Shown: piece by piece, positions 7,111 through 15,261 of the stretch
Numbering within the stretch: the stretch's first letter is position 1
How the letters are laid out: each line of letters starts with the position of its first letter
NCBI GenBank assembly: GCA_016293865.1
Contig: JAEDDG010000024.1
Coordinates: 1,048 to 25,047 of the forward strand
DNA length: 24,000 bases
Direction of reading: 5' to 3'
DNA from: Oscillospiraceae bacterium
GTDB lineage: Bacteria; Bacillota; Clostridia; Oscillospirales; Oscillospiraceae
Made by a program: the position numbers and the translations under genes
Notes under the pieces: model-generated
The model's input: only the letters and a program-made list of their open reading frames with translations
Told to the model about the DNA's origin: nothing
Database searches by the model: none

Positions 7111-9378
7111 ATGGTTGCTGTGAACACAAAAATTCAGGAAATTGCCGGCCGTATCCGCGAGCTGCGGGAGGTTATGGGTCATACGGTGGGCGATATGGCA
7201 GCTCTGACCGGGATCTCCGAGGAAGAGTATGCGGCCTGTGAAAGCGGCCAGCGTGATCTGAGCTTTGCATTTCTGTACCTTTGCGCCCAGGCGTTCCGCG
7301 TGGACGTGACGGACATCATTCAGGGCCAGAGCCCCAAACTGAAAAGCTATTCCATCACCCGCGCGGGCGAGGGACAGCTGATCAACCGCGCCCATGATAT
7401 GGAATATTTCAACCTGGCCGGCTCTTTCCGCAAGAGAATTGCGGATCCTCTGTATGTCAACATCACCTATGTGGAAGGCGCCGAGCGCCGTCCCATTGAA
7501 GTGACCACCCATGAGGGCCAGGAGTGCGACATTGTGCTCAAGGGCACAATGAAGCTGCAGGTCGGCGAGCATGTGGAAATCCTGCACGAGGGCGACTGCG
7601 CCTATTATGACAGCTCCACGCCGCACGGCATGATTGCAGTCGGCGGCAAGGACTGCGTTTTTTACGCAATTGTTCTGACGCCGAACAAGGACGAGGAGAG
7701 CAAAAGCGCCGACGTGGAAACAAGATCCACGGAGAAGGACAACACCATTCGCGTCTGGAACGAGTTTGTGGAGCCTGTTGAGGATGAGAAGGGCTGCTTG
7801 AAAAGCATTTCCTTCAAGAACACGGACCGCTTCAATTTTGCCTTTGACGTGGTCGACAGGCTGGGACAGGAAAAACCGGACAAGACGGCCATCCTGCATG
7901 TGAGCAGGGATCATACGGCACGACGCATTACCTTCGGCGAGATGAAGCGCGCCAGCGCCCAGACGGCCAACTATTTCAAGTCCCTGGGCATCAAAAAAGG
8001 CGACCGGGTCATGCTGATTCTCAAGCGTCATTATCAGTACTGGTTCTGCGTCAACGCCCTGCACAAAATCGGCGCCATTGCGATTCCGGCCATGTGCCAG
8101 CTGCTGGACCATGACATTGAATACCGGTTCAATGCCGCCGGCGTGTCCACCATTATCTGCACGGCGGACGGCGATACCGCGCATCAGGTGGAACTGGCGT
8201 GTGCCCGCTGCCCGCAGGTTGTCAATAAGATCCTTGTGGGCGGAAAGCGGGAAGGCTGGCGTGATTATGACGAGGAATACCAGCTGTTTTCCGGCCGGTT
8301 CCCCCGCACGGCGGATACGCCCTGCGGCGACGACCTGATGCTTATGTACTTCACTTCCGGCACGACCGGCTACCCGAAAATGGCGGCGCACAGCTACAAG
8401 TATCCGCTGGGCCATTTTGTAACGGCGAAATACTGGCAGTGCGTGAATCCCGAAGGACTGCATCTGACCATTTCCGATACCGGCTGGGCCAAGGCCGGCT
8501 GGGGCAAGATTTACGGCCAGTGGCTGTGCGAAGGCGGTCTGTTTGTCTATGACTTCGACCGGTTCGACGCCCATGATATCCTGCCCATGTTTGCCCAGTA
8601 TCACATTACAACCTTCTGCGCGCCGCCCACCATGCTGCGCCTGATGGTCAAAGAGGATATCAGCAAGTACGATCTGAGCTCGATCGAGCACATGACGACG
8701 GCCGGCGAGGCGCTGAATCCGGAGGTCTTCCGCCAGTTCAAGGCGGCAACGGGCCTGAACATTATGGAGGGCTTCGGCCAGACGGAGACGACGGTGATCG
8801 TCGGCAATCTGGAGGGCACGAAGGTCCGTATCGGGTCCATGGGCAAGGCGAATCCCCAGTATGATGTGGACATCGTCGATCCCCAGGGGAACAGCGTGCC
8901 CGTGGGCGAAAACGGCGAGATCGTGATCCGCACAGACAAGGGCGCGCCCTGCGGCCTGCTGAAGGAATACTACAAGGCGCCGGACAAAACGCTGGAGACC
9001 TGGCATGACGGCATGTATCACACAGGCGACGTGGCCTGGCGCGATGAGGACGGTTATTTCTGGTATGTGGGCCGGATTGACGATGTGATCAAATCTTCCG
9101 GCTACCGTATCGGCCCGTTCGAAATCGAGAGCGTGATCATGGAGCTGCCGTACGTTCTGGAGTGCGGCGTGTCCGCGGCGCCGGATCCGGTCCGCGGCCA
9201 GGTGGTCAAGGCGTCCATCGTCCTTACAAAGGGAACCGAGGGAACCGAAGAGCTGAAAAAAGAGATTCAGGCTTATGTCAAGGAGCATACGGCTCCGTAT
9301 AAATATCCGCGCATTGTTGTGTTCCTGGACTCCCTGCCCAAGACCACCAGCGGCAAGATCCAGCGCAACAAGCTGTAA
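7111..9378 (+). CDS. XRE-family HTH + cupin + medium-chain acyl-CoA synthetase fusion, paralog 2
   Basis: The ORF track starts at 7078, but that start lies inside the T-box terminator U-tract. ATG 7111 is preceded by GGAGGA and gives 755 aa (MVAVNTKIQEIAGRIRELRE...), the same length and architecture as paralog 1. The last 101 aa differ from paralog 1 at 5 positions. Confidence 0.9.
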   Translation: MVAVNTKIQEIAGRIRELREVMGHTVGDMAALTGISEEEYAACESGQRDLSFAFLYLCAQAFRVDVTDIIQGQSPKLKSYSITRAGEGQLINRAHDMEYFNLAGSFRKRIADPLYVNITYVEGAERRPIEVTTHEGQECDIVLKGTMKLQVGEHVEILHEGDCAYYDSSTPHGMIAVGGKDCVFYAIVLTPNKDEESKSADVETRSTEKDNTIRVWNEFVEPVEDEKGCLKSISFKNTDRFNFAFDVVDRLGQEKPDKTAILHVSRDHTARRITFGEMKRASAQTANYFKSLGIKKGDRVMLILKRHYQYWFCVNALHKIGAIAIPAMCQLLDHDIEYRFNAAGVSTIICTADGDTAHQVELACARCPQVVNKILVGGKREGWRDYDEEYQLFSGRFPRTADTPCGDDLMLMYFTSGTTGYPKMAAHSYKYPLGHFVTAKYWQCVNPEGLHLTISDTGWAKAGWGKIYGQWLCEGGLFVYDFDRFDAHDILPMFAQYHITTFCAPPTMLRLMVKEDISKYDLSSIEHMTTAGEALNPEVFRQFKAATGLNIMEGFGQTETTVIVGNLEGTKVRIGSMGKANPQYDVDIVDPQGNSVPVGENGEIVIRTDKGAPCGLLKEYYKAPDKTLETWHDGMYHTGDVAWRDEDGYFWYVGRIDDVIKSSGYRIGPFEIESVIMELPYVLECGVSAAPDPVRGQVVKASIVLTKGTEGTEELKKEIQAYVKEHTAPYKYPRIVVFLDSLPKTTSGKIQRNKL

Positions 9379-9387
9379 GGAGAACTT

Positions 9388-10071
9388 ATGCTTACAAAAC
9401 GCATTTCCCTGTTTGCCGGCCATTACGGCAGCGGAAAGACGAATATCGCCGTGAACTGCGCGCTGTGCGCCAGGGAAGCGGGGCAGAACGTGACCATTGC
9501 CGACCTGGATATTGTCAACCCGTATTTCCGGACAAAGGACAGCGAGGCGCTTTTGAAGCGTCATGGGATCGGCCTTGTCTGCTCCGAATATGCCAATACA
9601 AATCTGGATATCCCGGCACTGCCCAAGGAACTGTATGCCATATTGGCACGCAGGGATTCAGCGGTTATAATGGATATCGGCGGCGATGACCGCGGCGCCG
9701 TGGCGCTGGGCCGCTATACGCCGATGATTCTGGAAGAAAACGATTACGACATGTTTTTTGTGGCCAATTTTTACCGGCCGCTGACCCGTACGCCGGAAGA
9801 AATGATCCAGATCATGCGTGAGATTGAAACGGCTTCCGGCCTGCCGTTTACGGCAATCATCAACAACTCGAACCTTGCCGGCGACACACAGGCAGACACA
9901 GTGACAGACACTGTGGGGAAGGCGCGGGAACTGTCCCGGATAACGGGGCTGCCCATACGCGCCACCTGTGTGGAGCAGAGGCTTTTCGAAAGCCTGAAGG
10001 ATCAGATACCGGATCTTGTTCCGCTGCATCTTCAGGAAAAATATTTTGACATTGTAAATGGAGGGATCTAA
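9388..10071 (+). CDS. P-loop NTPase (SIMIBI/MinD-ParA-CooC-like), function unknown
   Basis: Walker A AGHYGSGKTN near the N-terminus and a Walker-B-like VIMDIGGDD. RBS AAGGAGA overlaps the stop of the upstream ligase gene. Its stop lies 1 nt before the ferredoxin-subunit start. Confidence 0.75.
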   Translation: MLTKRISLFAGHYGSGKTNIAVNCALCAREAGQNVTIADLDIVNPYFRTKDSEALLKRHGIGLVCSEYANTNLDIPALPKELYAILARRDSAVIMDIGGDDRGAVALGRYTPMILEENDYDMFFVANFYRPLTRTPEEMIQIMREIETASGLPFTAIINNSNLAGDTQADTVTDTVGKARELSRITGLPIRATCVEQRLFESLKDQIPDLVPLHLQEKYFDIVNGGI

Positions 10072-10072
10072 A

Positions 10073-10279
10073 ATGGCGAAGCTGACATTTAAAACCGACC
10101 TGTGCAAGGGATGCGGACTGTGCGTCAACGCATGTCCGAAGGGCGTGCTTGAAATTGCGCGCGACAAAATCAACCTCAAGGGGTATTCTCCCGTGGTTGC
10201 CAGGGATATGGATAAATGCATCGGTTGTGCATTCTGCGCAACCATGTGTCCCGACTGCATTATTACAGTAGAAAAGTGA
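10073..10279 (+). CDS. 2-oxoacid:ferredoxin oxidoreductase delta subunit (2x[4Fe-4S] ferredoxin)
   Basis: Two CxxCxxCxxxCP motifs (CKGCGLCVNACP, CIGCAFCATMCP). ATG 10073 (MAKLTFK...) is preceded by GGAGGG. The ORF-track start 10058 overlaps the previous gene. Confidence 0.85.
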   Translation: MAKLTFKTDLCKGCGLCVNACPKGVLEIARDKINLKGYSPVVARDMDKCIGCAFCATMCPDCIITVEK

Positions 10280-10289
10280 GGTGCCGATT

Positions 10290-11351
10290 ATGGCAGAAAA
10301 AGTATTGATGAAGGGCAATGAAGCCATTGCCGAGGCAGCCATCCGCGCCGGCTGCCGTCACTATTTCGGATATCCCATCACGCCGCAGACAGAAATCGCG
10401 GCATATATGGCCAAGAAAATGCCGAAAATCGGCGGAACATTTCTCCAGGCGGAAAGTGAAATTGCCGCCATTAATATGGTCTACGGCGTATCCTCTGCCG
10501 GCTTCCGGGTCATGACCTCGTCATCCAGCCCCGGTGTCAGCCTGAAGAGCGAGGGCCTGTCCTATCTGGCGGGCTGCGACCTGCCGGCGCTTGTGGTCAA
10601 TGTCCAGCGCGGCGGCCCCGGCCTCGGCGGCATTCAGCCCTCCCAGTCCGATTATTTTATGGCCACCAAGGGCGGCGGACACGGCGATTTCCGCATGATC
10701 GTTCTGGCGCCTGCTTCTGTTCAGGAAATGGCCGGCCTGACCTTCAAGGCTTTTGAACTGGCCGATCAGTACAGAATGACCGCCATGCTGCTGGCTGACG
10801 GAACTCTGGGTCAGATGATGGAGGCCATCACGTTCCCGGAGACTGAGGTCAGGACATTTGACAAGCCCTGGGCCGTCACCGGCACGCAGATGAAGCGCCC
10901 CCACAACATCATCAATTCTCTGGCGCTCGTACCGGATGTGCTGGAAAAGATGAATTTTGACCGGTATAAGAAATACGCGGAAATCGAGGAAAAGGAGCCC
11001 ATGTACGAATCGTACATGATGGATGACGCGGAAATCTGTGTCGTCGCCTTCGGTATTGCCTCCCGCGTGTCCAAGAATGCAATTATGGCCGCAAGGGCTG
11101 AGGGCATCAAGGTGGGCATGATCCGGCCCATCACGCTCTGGCCGTTCCCCACAAAGGCGCTGGCAGAAGCGGCGCAGAAGTGCAGGGCGTTTGTCTCTGT
11201 TGAACTCAACATGGGCCAGATGATTGAAGATGTCCGGCTGGCTACCGGCTGCGCGCGGCCTGTTTCCCTGTGCAACAGAGCCGGCGGTATGATCCCCACG
11301 CCGGATCATGTCCTTGCATCCATTCGGGAAGCCAACAAGGGAGGTAACTGA
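10290..11351 (+). CDS. 2-oxoacid:ferredoxin oxidoreductase alpha subunit (KorA/VorB-type)
   Basis: MAEKVLMKGNEAIAEAAIRAGCRHYFGYPITPQTEI is the typical OFOR alpha N-terminus. GAGGTG sits 6 nt upstream of ATG 10290. Confidence 0.9.
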   Translation: MAEKVLMKGNEAIAEAAIRAGCRHYFGYPITPQTEIAAYMAKKMPKIGGTFLQAESEIAAINMVYGVSSAGFRVMTSSSSPGVSLKSEGLSYLAGCDLPALVVNVQRGGPGLGGIQPSQSDYFMATKGGGHGDFRMIVLAPASVQEMAGLTFKAFELADQYRMTAMLLADGTLGQMMEAITFPETEVRTFDKPWAVTGTQMKRPHNIINSLALVPDVLEKMNFDRYKKYAEIEEKEPMYESYMMDDAEICVVAFGIASRVSKNAIMAARAEGIKVGMIRPITLWPFPTKALAEAAQKCRAFVSVELNMGQMIEDVRLATGCARPVSLCNRAGGMIPTPDHVLASIREANKGGN

Positions 11352-11353
11352 TT

Positions 11354-12112
11354 ATGGTCGTTTTTGAGAAACCTCATGCCCTCACCGATGCACCGCTGCA
11401 TTACTGCCCCGGCTGCACGCACGGCATTGTTCACCGCCTTGTGGCGGAAGCCATCGACGCCCTCGGAATTGAGGGGAAGACCATCGGCGTGGCGCCGGTC
11501 GGCTGCTCCGTCATGGCCTATAATTATTTTTCATGCGATATGATTGAAGCGGCGCACGGCCGCGCACCGGCTGTGGCAACCGGCGTAAAGCGGGCGCTGC
11601 CGGACAACATTGTCTTTACATATCAGGGCGACGGCGATCTGGCGTCCATCGGCACGGCGGAGACCGTTCACGCTGCAGCGAGAAACGAGAACATTACGAT
11701 TATCTTCATCAACAACGCCATTTACGGCATGACCGGCGGCCAGATGGCGCCCACGTCGCTGCCCGGCCAGGTGACGCAGACTTCGCCGTACGGCCGCGAT
11801 CCGCAGCTGTGCGGTTTCCCGGTTAAAATCTGCGAAATGCTTTCTCAGCTGGAAGGTCCGGAGTATATTGAGCGCGTGGCGGTCAACAACGTCAAGAACA
11901 TCAAAAAAGCCGGCAAAGCCATTCTGAAAGCTTTTAAGAACCAGACGGAGAACAAGGGCTTCTCGCTGATTGAAGTTGTCTCCACCTGTCCCACCAACTG
12001 GGGTATGACGCCGCAGGACGCGATGAAGTGGGTGGATGAAAAAATGATTCCCTATTACCCGCTGGGCGTTTACAAAGACAGAAGCGCGGAAAAAGCAGAG
12101 GAGGGGAAATAA
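11354..12112 (+). CDS. 2-oxoacid:ferredoxin oxidoreductase beta subunit (TPP-binding)
   Basis: CPGCTHG cysteine motif and TPP motif YQGDGDLASIG...NNAIYGMTGGQ. Tightly packed against the alpha and gamma genes. Confidence 0.9.
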   Translation: MVVFEKPHALTDAPLHYCPGCTHGIVHRLVAEAIDALGIEGKTIGVAPVGCSVMAYNYFSCDMIEAAHGRAPAVATGVKRALPDNIVFTYQGDGDLASIGTAETVHAAARNENITIIFINNAIYGMTGGQMAPTSLPGQVTQTSPYGRDPQLCGFPVKICEMLSQLEGPEYIERVAVNNVKNIKKAGKAILKAFKNQTENKGFSLIEVVSTCPTNWGMTPQDAMKWVDEKMIPYYPLGVYKDRSAEKAEEGK

Positions 12113-12645
12113 TGGCCACTTCACAGATTCTGATTGCGGGTTTCGGCGGACAGGGCGTCCTTTTCGCCGGGAAGTTTTTGGCCTACAAGGCCCTGACTGA
12201 GAATAAGCAGCTGAGCTGGCTGCCGTCCTACGGCCCGGAAATGCGCGGCGGCACGGCCAACTGCAGCGTGATTATCAGCGACGATCCGGTTGGTTCTCCC
12301 ATCATTACCACGCCGGACTGCCTGATTGCCATGAACCGGCCGTCTCTTGACAAATATGTGGACGCAGTGGCGCCCGGCGGCATGATCCTTGTGGATTCGT
12401 CCCTGATCAGCGTCGAGGTCGAACGCACGGATGTCCGCACCTTCTATATTCCGGCAACCAAAATGGCAAATGACGCGGGCTTCGCGACGCTTGCGAACAT
12501 GGTTCTTGTGGGCAAACTGATCAAGGAATCCGGCGTTGTTTCTTTTGAAAATAACAAAGAGACTTTTGAAAAGTTCATTCCGGCAAAGAAAGCAAATCTG
12601 ATTGAGATCAACTGCCAGGCCCTGCAGACCGGGTATGATTATTAA
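12112..12645 (+). CDS. 2-oxoacid:ferredoxin oxidoreductase gamma subunit
   Basis: N-terminal [16 protein letters not shown] and [19 protein letters not shown] are typical of OFOR gamma subunits. TAATG overlap with the beta subunit gene. Confidence 0.9.
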   Translation: MATSQILIAGFGGQGVLFAGKFLAYKALTENKQLSWLPSYGPEMRGGTANCSVIISDDPVGSPIITTPDCLIAMNRPSLDKYVDAVAPGGMILVDSSLISVEVERTDVRTFYIPATKMANDAGFATLANMVLVGKLIKESGVVSFENNKETFEKFIPAKKANLIEINCQALQTGYDY

Positions 12646-12663
12646 AGGAAAGGATGTATTACC

Positions 12664-13737
12664 ATGCTTGACATTAAGATCACCAAAACCACACAGCCCA
12701 AGCAAAAGCCCGCGCCGGGTCAGAAACTCGGCTTCGGCCATATTTTCACCGACCATATGTTCATCATGAACTATACGGAAGGAAAAGGCTGGCATGATCC
12801 GCGGATCGTTCCGTTCCAGAATCTGAGCCTGTCTCCCGCGGCGATGGTTTTTCACTACGGTCAGGAAATGTTCGAAGGCCTGAAGGCCTATAAGAATTCC
12901 GACGGCGAAGTTTTCCTTTTCCGCCCGGATATGAACGCCAAGCGCACCAATTCTTCCAATGAGCGTCTGTGTATCCCGCAGCTGCCGGAAGAGGATTTTG
13001 TCCAGGCTGTCAGAACGGTTGTGGATGTGGACCGCGACTGGGTCCCGACGGATCCCGGCACGTCCCTGTATATCCGTCCGTTCATCATCGCAACGGATGA
13101 GTTCCTGGGTGTTGCGCCGTCCAAGACGTATCTGTTCATGGTCATTCTGTCACCCAGCGGCGCTTATTATGAAAGCGGACTGGAGCCTGTGGGCATCTGG
13201 ATTGAGGATGAGTATGTCCGTGCGGTCCGCGGCGGCATGGGCTTTGCCAAAACCGGCGGCAACTATGCGGCCAGCCTGATCGGCCAGGTGAAGGCGCACA
13301 ACGACGGTTATTCCCAGGTTCTGTGGCTGGACGGTGTGGAGCGCAAGTACGTTGAGGAAGTCGGCTCCATGAATATTTTCTTCAAAATTGCCGGCAAAGT
13401 GGTTACGCCCATGCTCAACGGCAGCATCCTGCCGGGCATTACCCGCAACTCTGTCATTACCCTGTGCAAAGAGTGGGGCTATGAGGTTGAGGAACGGAAG
13501 GTTTCTGCTGAAGAGCTGATTCAGGCGCATGCAGACGGCACGCTGGAAGAGGTTTTCGGCACCGGTACTGCAGCCGTCATTTCTCCTGTCGGCAAGCTGC
13601 GCTATAAGGACGATGTGATGACGATCCAGGACGGCAGGACCGGCGAACTGAGCCACCGTCTCTATGATACCATTACCGGCATTCAGCTGGGCAAGCTGCC
13701 GGACACGCACGGCTGGCGTGTAAAAGTCGGCGAATAA
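12664..13737 (+). CDS. ilvE: Branched-chain amino acid aminotransferase (class IV, long form)
   Basis: 357 aa. Motifs FGHIFTDHMF, YGQEMFEGLKAY, RAVRGGMGFAKTGGNYAASL and ILPGITR match long-form IlvE (YbgE/YwaA type). RBS AAGGAAAGGA upstream. Confidence 0.9.
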   Translation: MLDIKITKTTQPKQKPAPGQKLGFGHIFTDHMFIMNYTEGKGWHDPRIVPFQNLSLSPAAMVFHYGQEMFEGLKAYKNSDGEVFLFRPDMNAKRTNSSNERLCIPQLPEEDFVQAVRTVVDVDRDWVPTDPGTSLYIRPFIIATDEFLGVAPSKTYLFMVILSPSGAYYESGLEPVGIWIEDEYVRAVRGGMGFAKTGGNYAASLIGQVKAHNDGYSQVLWLDGVERKYVEEVGSMNIFFKIAGKVVTPMLNGSILPGITRNSVITLCKEWGYEVEERKVSAEELIQAHADGTLEEVFGTGTAAVISPVGKLRYKDDVMTIQDGRTGELSHRLYDTITGIQLGKLPDTHGWRVKVGE

Positions 13738-13829
13738 TCGGAAATAAACCATGCCCGGGCGGCGCTGCGCGCTGTCCGGGCACTGCGTGTGTTGTGGCGG
13801 CATATACTGTAAAAAAGAAATAATGAGAG

Positions 13830-14765
13830 GTGCACCCTTTGGTTTATAATAATGTGCTGGAGGCGGTCGGACAGACGCCCGTCATTCGGCTGATGCGCAT
13901 GAGCAATCCCAATCATGCCCAGGTTCTTGTCAAATATGAAGGGCTGAACGTGGGCGGTTCGATCAAAACGCGGACTGCGCTGAATATGATCAACGCGGCC
14001 GAGCGTGCCGGGATTATCCGTCCGGATACGATTATTGTGGAGCCGACCAGCGGAAACCAGGGCATCGGTCTGGCACTGGTCGGTGCTGTCCGCGGCTATA
14101 AAACTGTGATTATCATGCCCGATTCGGTCAGTGTGGAGCGGCGCAAACTGATTGAGCATTACGGCGCGCAGCTTGTGCTGATCCGGGACGAGGGCAACAT
14201 CGGCGACTGCATTGAAAAGTGTATTCAGACGGCAAATGACATGGCGAAAGCGGACAGCCGCGTTTATATTCCACAGCAGTTTTCCAATCCGAACAATCCA
14301 CTGGTGCATAAGCATTTCACGGCGCTGGAGATTCTCCAGCAGGTTGCAGGGCCCATTCACGGCTTCTGCTCCGGAATCGGTACGGGCGGCACAATTTCCG
14401 GCATCGGCGAGACGCTGAAAAGCGTTTATCCGGATATGACCATCTGGGCTGTTGAGCCGGAGAACGCGGCGATTCTGGCCGGAGGAACGGTCGGCTCCCA
14501 TCTTCAGATGGGAATCGGAGACGGCCTGATTCCGGAAAATCTGAACACGAAGATTTACGACGATATCTACATTGTCAGTGATGATGAGGCCATCGGAACA
14601 GCCAAGGATCTGGCGCGGTACGAGGGTCTGATGTGCGGCATTTCCAGCGGCACAAATGTGGCCGCGGCGCTGAAGCTTGCGGAGAAGCTGGGGAAGGGAA
14701 AAACAGTTGTGACCATTCTGCCGGACACGGCGGAGCGCTATTTTTCCACGCCGCTGTTTGACTGA
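13830..14765 (+). CDS. cysK: Cysteine synthase A / O-acetylserine sulfhydrylase (PLP-dependent)
   Basis: GQTPVIRL, GGSIKTR (PLP lysine), TSGNQGIGLA and GIGTGGTISG motifs. The start is uncertain: GTG 13830 overlaps the GAGAGG RBS, so TTG 13839 (spacing about 7 nt) is at least as likely. Confidence 0.85.
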   Translation: MHPLVYNNVLEAVGQTPVIRLMRMSNPNHAQVLVKYEGLNVGGSIKTRTALNMINAAERAGIIRPDTIIVEPTSGNQGIGLALVGAVRGYKTVIIMPDSVSVERRKLIEHYGAQLVLIRDEGNIGDCIEKCIQTANDMAKADSRVYIPQQFSNPNNPLVHKHFTALEILQQVAGPIHGFCSGIGTGGTISGIGETLKSVYPDMTIWAVEPENAAILAGGTVGSHLQMGIGDGLIPENLNTKIYDDIYIVSDDEAIGTAKDLARYEGLMCGISSGTNVAAALKLAEKLGKGKTVVTILPDTAERYFSTPLFD

Positions 14766-14775
14766 ATACGGAATT

Positions 14776-14809
14776 CATGCCGCACAGAAGCGCGCTTCTG
14801 TGCGGCATG
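14776..14809 (+). terminator. Perfect 17-bp palindromic hairpin after cysK (probable terminator, no U-tract)
   Basis: catgccgcacagaagcg / cgcttctgtgcggcatg, starting 11 nt after the cysK stop. The lack of a T-run lowers confidence that it is an intrinsic terminator. Confidence 0.5.
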
Positions 14810-14904
14810 GCATAGTATGAAACAGCCGCGCCGGGCTGGCTTCTGCGCAGATGCCGGCCCGGGCATATGCGGCGTCTTTTTTTACGGCGGATTCAAAAAT
14901 ACTC

Positions 14905-14933
14905 TTGTCATTGCGACGGGGTAAGTATATAAT
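14905..14933 (+). promoter_or_regulatory. Sigma-A-like promoter of the ACT/UPF0210 pair
   Basis: TTGTCA (14905-14910), 17-nt spacer, TATAAT (14928-14933). Confidence 0.55.
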
Positions 14934-14981
14934 CCATAAGCAGTTTAACCGACAGATACAAAAGATATGGAGGTTTTTTTC

Positions 14982-15251
14982 ATGCGTGCAATCGTCACTG
15001 TCGCCGGGCATGACCGGGTGGGAATTATCGCTGAGGTGTGCTCGCTGCTTGCCTCTCTGAATGTCAATATTCTGGATATCAACCAAACGGTCATGCAGGA
15101 GTTTTTCACGATGACCATGCTGGTGGATACAAGCGCCGCATCCGGAAGCTTTGAACGGATCAAAAAGGCGCTGGCCGACAAAGGCGAGGCGATGGCGCTT
15201 TCCATCCGCATCCAGCAGGAAGACATTTTTAACGCCATGTACAGAATATGA
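14982..15251 (+). CDS. ACT domain protein (UPF0237 family)
   Basis: MRAIVTVAGHDRVGIIAEVCSLLASLNVNILDINQTVMQEFFTM is an ACT fold signature. GGAGG sits 8 nt before ATG 14982 (ORF-track start 14967 rejected). Confidence 0.85.
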   Translation: MRAIVTVAGHDRVGIIAEVCSLLASLNVNILDINQTVMQEFFTMTMLVDTSAASGSFERIKKALADKGEAMALSIRIQQEDIFNAMYRI

Positions 15252-15261
15252 GGTATAAAGT

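Noticed and set aside
7054-9564. 836-aa ORF on the minus strand, the longest in that region
   Set aside because: It is exactly antisense to the well-supported ligase paralog 2. Its translation is low-complexity and rich in Arg/Ala/Gly/His with no recognisable motifs, and it has no RBS. This is a typical shadow ORF of a high-GC coding region.
14767-14785. Shared 15-mer ACGG[A/T]ATTCATGCCG after cysK (about 14768) and after the UPF0210 gene (about 16648), considered as a REP-like repeat
   Set aside because: Only two copies with one mismatch. A rough expectation for 15-mers with up to one mismatch in a 24-kb window on both strands is above one, so this is compatible with chance. Each copy is simply part of a local hairpin.
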